A stretch of 31,556 nt of DNA from assembly GCA_017959645.1 (NCBI GenBank), contig JAGDAE010000205.1, positions 1 to 31,556 on the forward strand, in the 5' to 3' direction. The DNA is from Kiritimatiellia bacterium. GTDB taxonomy: Bacteria; Verrucomicrobiota; Kiritimatiellia; RFP12; UBA1067. Every line of letters begins with the position of its first letter. Within the stretch, counting starts at the first letter, position 1. Below, piece after piece: positions 29,431-31,556 of this stretch. A program made the position numbers and the translations under genes. The notes under the pieces were generated by a model. That model saw nothing but the letters and a program-made list of their open reading frames with translations, was not told the DNA's origin and made no database searches.

Positions 29431-29651
29431 GTTCGGTCGAGGAGCAATCTGCTTCGAGGCTGGATACCAGAATTCCCGCGCGGGAGAGGCGTGTCGCCGA
29501 ACCGCGTTTGGGATGCGTCACGAGAAAGCTTAGGAACCTTGCTCTAAGGGGGCAACAATGAGGACACTGCTGTCCATGGCAGTTTCGCCTCCTTCGTTGT
29601 GTTCTTTAAGGTAATCCTAAGCACCTCTCGTGATGCACCGGAGGAGGTGCT
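29431..29651 (+). ncRNA. Candidate structured 5' leader or ncRNA (four-way junction plus long rod hairpin)
   Basis: Complementary segments read by eye (see findings). It matches no RNA family I can recognise. Confidence 0.4.
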
Positions 29652-29711
29652 ATCCATGTCTGCCGTCTCCGGTTGCGGAATCCGACGTGGAAAAAAACGG
29701 GAGGGATGGGT

Positions 29712-31556
29712 ATGGTTTCAAAGTTGCAGAAGATGGCTGGCGCCATCAAGATCGGATGGCGAACGCGCTGTTCGATCTCCATTGCGGCAGCAGTGCTTTC
29801 TACGGCGTTTCAGATCCAGGCCGCCGAGGTCGCGCCGGAGCAGGCGCAGACCGCTGTCGGCAACTGGCTCAGACTCGGTTCGCGGCGGGCAGGCGCGTCG
29901 TTCCGGTCGAAAGACGCCGCGAGCGTGAGGACGGTTCGCGGCAAAACGGGGCGGGCGGTCTACCATGCGGTGGACATCAAAGGGGGAGGTTTCGTCGTCA
30001 CATCCGGCGACACGAGGCTGCCGCCGGTTATTGCGTTTTCCGACGAAGGCCGATTCGCCGATGACGGGACGGGCGCATTCCATGCGCTGCTCAGCAAGAG
30101 CCTCGCTCCGGCGACGGAAGCGCTTGAGCGTTCCGACCGACAGGCGGCGTCGTCGTCCGCCGGCGTGCGCAAAGCCGGAGATTCCGGTTCCGCGGTTGCG
30201 GAATGGGCCGAATTGCTGGCGCCGTCCGACGGCCGGCAGGCAAGGACAGGCGGGAGCCGCAAGGACTTGCTCGCCGACGTGCGCGTCGACAAACTGCTCA
30301 AGACGGAGTGGGGCCAGAGCGGAATCTCCATCTGGAACTGGAACGACGCCATAAACGATTGGGAAGAGACGTACTATCCGTCGTTCGACTATTATATGCC
30401 CAAATCCGGCGAGGATAGTTATCCTTGCGGCTGCGTCGCCACGGTCGGCGCGCAAATAATGAAATACTGGCGGATGCCTTCTGGCGCTGTTGCGTCGTTC
30501 TCCAACACGTGCAGTGTCGAAGGGGTGCCGGTCGTGAAGGATTCCATTCCCGGCGCTTTCGACTGGGATGCCATGTATCTGAAATGGGACGTGGACGATC
30601 CGGTTCCGTCCGAAGTGGCACGGGAGGCGGTCGGCAAGCTTACGTACAATGTCGCCGTCGCGGTTGGAATGGAGTGGGGCAAATGGTACGGCAGTTCCTC
30701 GCCGATCGATCTGATGGATGCCTTGAAGGACAAGTTCGGCTACGCATCGGGAACGTTCGTCTGGCATGATCAAACGGCGTTCGACATGCCTGGCTCGATT
30801 GACATCCCGGACTTCGCCGAGCGGATGTATGATTTCTACAGTGCGCTGTACGCGAGTCTGGATGCGAAGATGCCGGTGATTCTGTCGATCGACGGCGACT
30901 TCGGCGGCCACGCCGTCATCGCCGACGGCTACGGCTACAGCGGCGGCAAACGCTACACCCACTTGAATTTCGGGTGGTACGGCGGAGACGATGCCTGGTA
31001 TTTTCTGCCCGACGAGACGCTACTTGTCAGCGACGACAAGGAGACCTATTCGGTGTTTGAAGGCATCGGCTTCAATATTCATCCGGACAAAGTCGGCGAC
31101 GTCCTCTCGGGCAGGGTGATTGACGCCAATAAATTCGCGGTGGCGGGCGCCACGGTCGGGCTATACGACTCGGCGGACAATTTAATAGAGGAAACGACCT
31201 CGGACGCCAGAGGGATATATTCGTTCAGAATCACCGCCTCAGGCGACTACACGGTAAAGGCTTCGCACGCCGCCTCGGCCGAAACGCCATCGAAGTCCGT
31301 CAGCATGGCAAGTCCGAGCAAGAGCGGATCGTTCAGTGCAGGCAAGTCGGAATCATGGGCTGGATGGAGCGGCAACAATTGGGGCGTCGAATTGAAATTC
31401 CCAACGGTCATTCCAAGTACCACGCCAAGCGGGCCCGACAAGTTCACCGTCACGTTTGACGGCAACGGCGGCAGCGTTTCGCCGGCGTCGATCGAGGTCG
31501 TTTCCGGCGAGAAGGTGGGCGACGCTTTGCCGGTTGCGACGCGCACGGGCTACGAG
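29712..31556 (+). CDS. Secreted C10-family cysteine protease (streptopain-like) with propeptide, carboxypeptidase-regulatory-like domain and InlB B-type repeat; 3'-truncated by the window
   Basis: Absent from the ORF track because no stop occurs in the window. Hand translation gives a signal peptide, propeptide GGGFVVTSGDTRLPPVIAFS, LLKTEWGQ, catalytic YPCGCVATVGAQIMKYW (Cys codon 30432-30434), GGHAVIADGY (His codon 30909-30911), HLNFGW, and FTVTFDGNGG...LPVATRTGYE. ATG 29706 is an alternative start. Confidence 0.9.
   Translation, partial: MVSKLQKMAGAIKIGWRTRCSISIAAAVLSTAFQIQAAEVAPEQAQTAVGNWLRLGSRRAGASFRSKDAASVRTVRGKTGRAVYHAVDIKGGGFVVTSGDTRLPPVIAFSDEGRFADDGTGAFHALLSKSLAPATEALERSDRQAASSSAGVRKAGDSGSAVAEWAELLAPSDGRQARTGGSRKDLLADVRVDKLLKTEWGQSGISIWNWNDAINDWEETYYPSFDYYMPKSGEDSYPCGCVATVGAQIMKYWRMPSGAVASFSNTCSVEGVPVVKDSIPGAFDWDAMYLKWDVDDPVPSEVAREAVGKLTYNVAVAVGMEWGKWYGSSSPIDLMDALKDKFGYASGTFVWHDQTAFDMPGSIDIPDFAERMYDFYSALYASLDAKMPVILSIDGDFGGHAVIADGYGYSGGKRYTHLNFGWYGGDDAWYFLPDETLLVSDDKETYSVFEGIGFNIHPDKVGDVLSGRVIDANKFAVAGATVGLYDSADNLIEETTSDARGIYSFRITASGDYTVKASHAASAETPSKSVSMASPSKSGSFSAGKSESWAGWSGNNWGVELKFPTVIPSTTPSGPDKFTVTFDGNGGSVSPASIEVVSGEKVGDALPVATRTGYE

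Noticed and set aside
29431-29502. tRNA or known riboswitch (cobalamin, SAM, TPP, c-di-GMP, fluoride) interpretation
   Set aside because: No TTC-R-A T-loop, D-loop GG, 7-nt anticodon loop or CCA end, and none of the conserved aptamer sequence motifs could be found by eye.
29044-29561. Small ORFs across the repeat array (28969-29220 -, 29194-29547 +, 29325-29561 +)
   Set aside because: The 22-bp period is not a codon multiple, there is no RBS or coding bias, and the translations simply echo the repeat.

Overview
A high-GC, gene-dense bacterial window in which every credible gene is on the + strand. The lineage is plausibly PVC/Kiritimatiellia-like, but that is inference only. Layout: (1) 1-2146, a lower-GC accessory stretch with three membrane-anchored hypothetical proteins and a truncated IS256-family transposase. 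(2) purB-dnaG-MoxR ATPase, followed directly by a secreted glycoside hydrolase cluster: GH10 fused to an unknown barrel-like domain and split by one in-frame TGA, GH30, and a GH63/MGH1-like enzyme. (3) A PaaI thioesterase and a cupin lipoprotein. (4) An overlapping cysK-hydE-bioB::larE unit, in which biotin synthase is fused in frame to a LarE sulfur transferase. (5) A Ser/Thr kinase with Sel1 repeats. (6) thrS-serA-gspF/pilC-hypothetical-argF-M3 peptidase-CPBP protease-secreted protein-patatin. (7) A ~670-nt intergenic region holding seven quasi-palindromic 14-bp boxes at an exact 22-bp period in mixed orientation, a sigma70 promoter and a heavily base-paired leader. This precedes a C10 (streptopain-like) protease gene that runs off the window end and is missing from the ORF track. 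Top leads: the BioB-LarE fusion and its operon, the 22-bp array, the structured leader, the GH10 fusion with its in-frame stop, and a 52-nt promoter shared by purB and thrS. All family assignments come from motif recognition by eye; no database searches were run.
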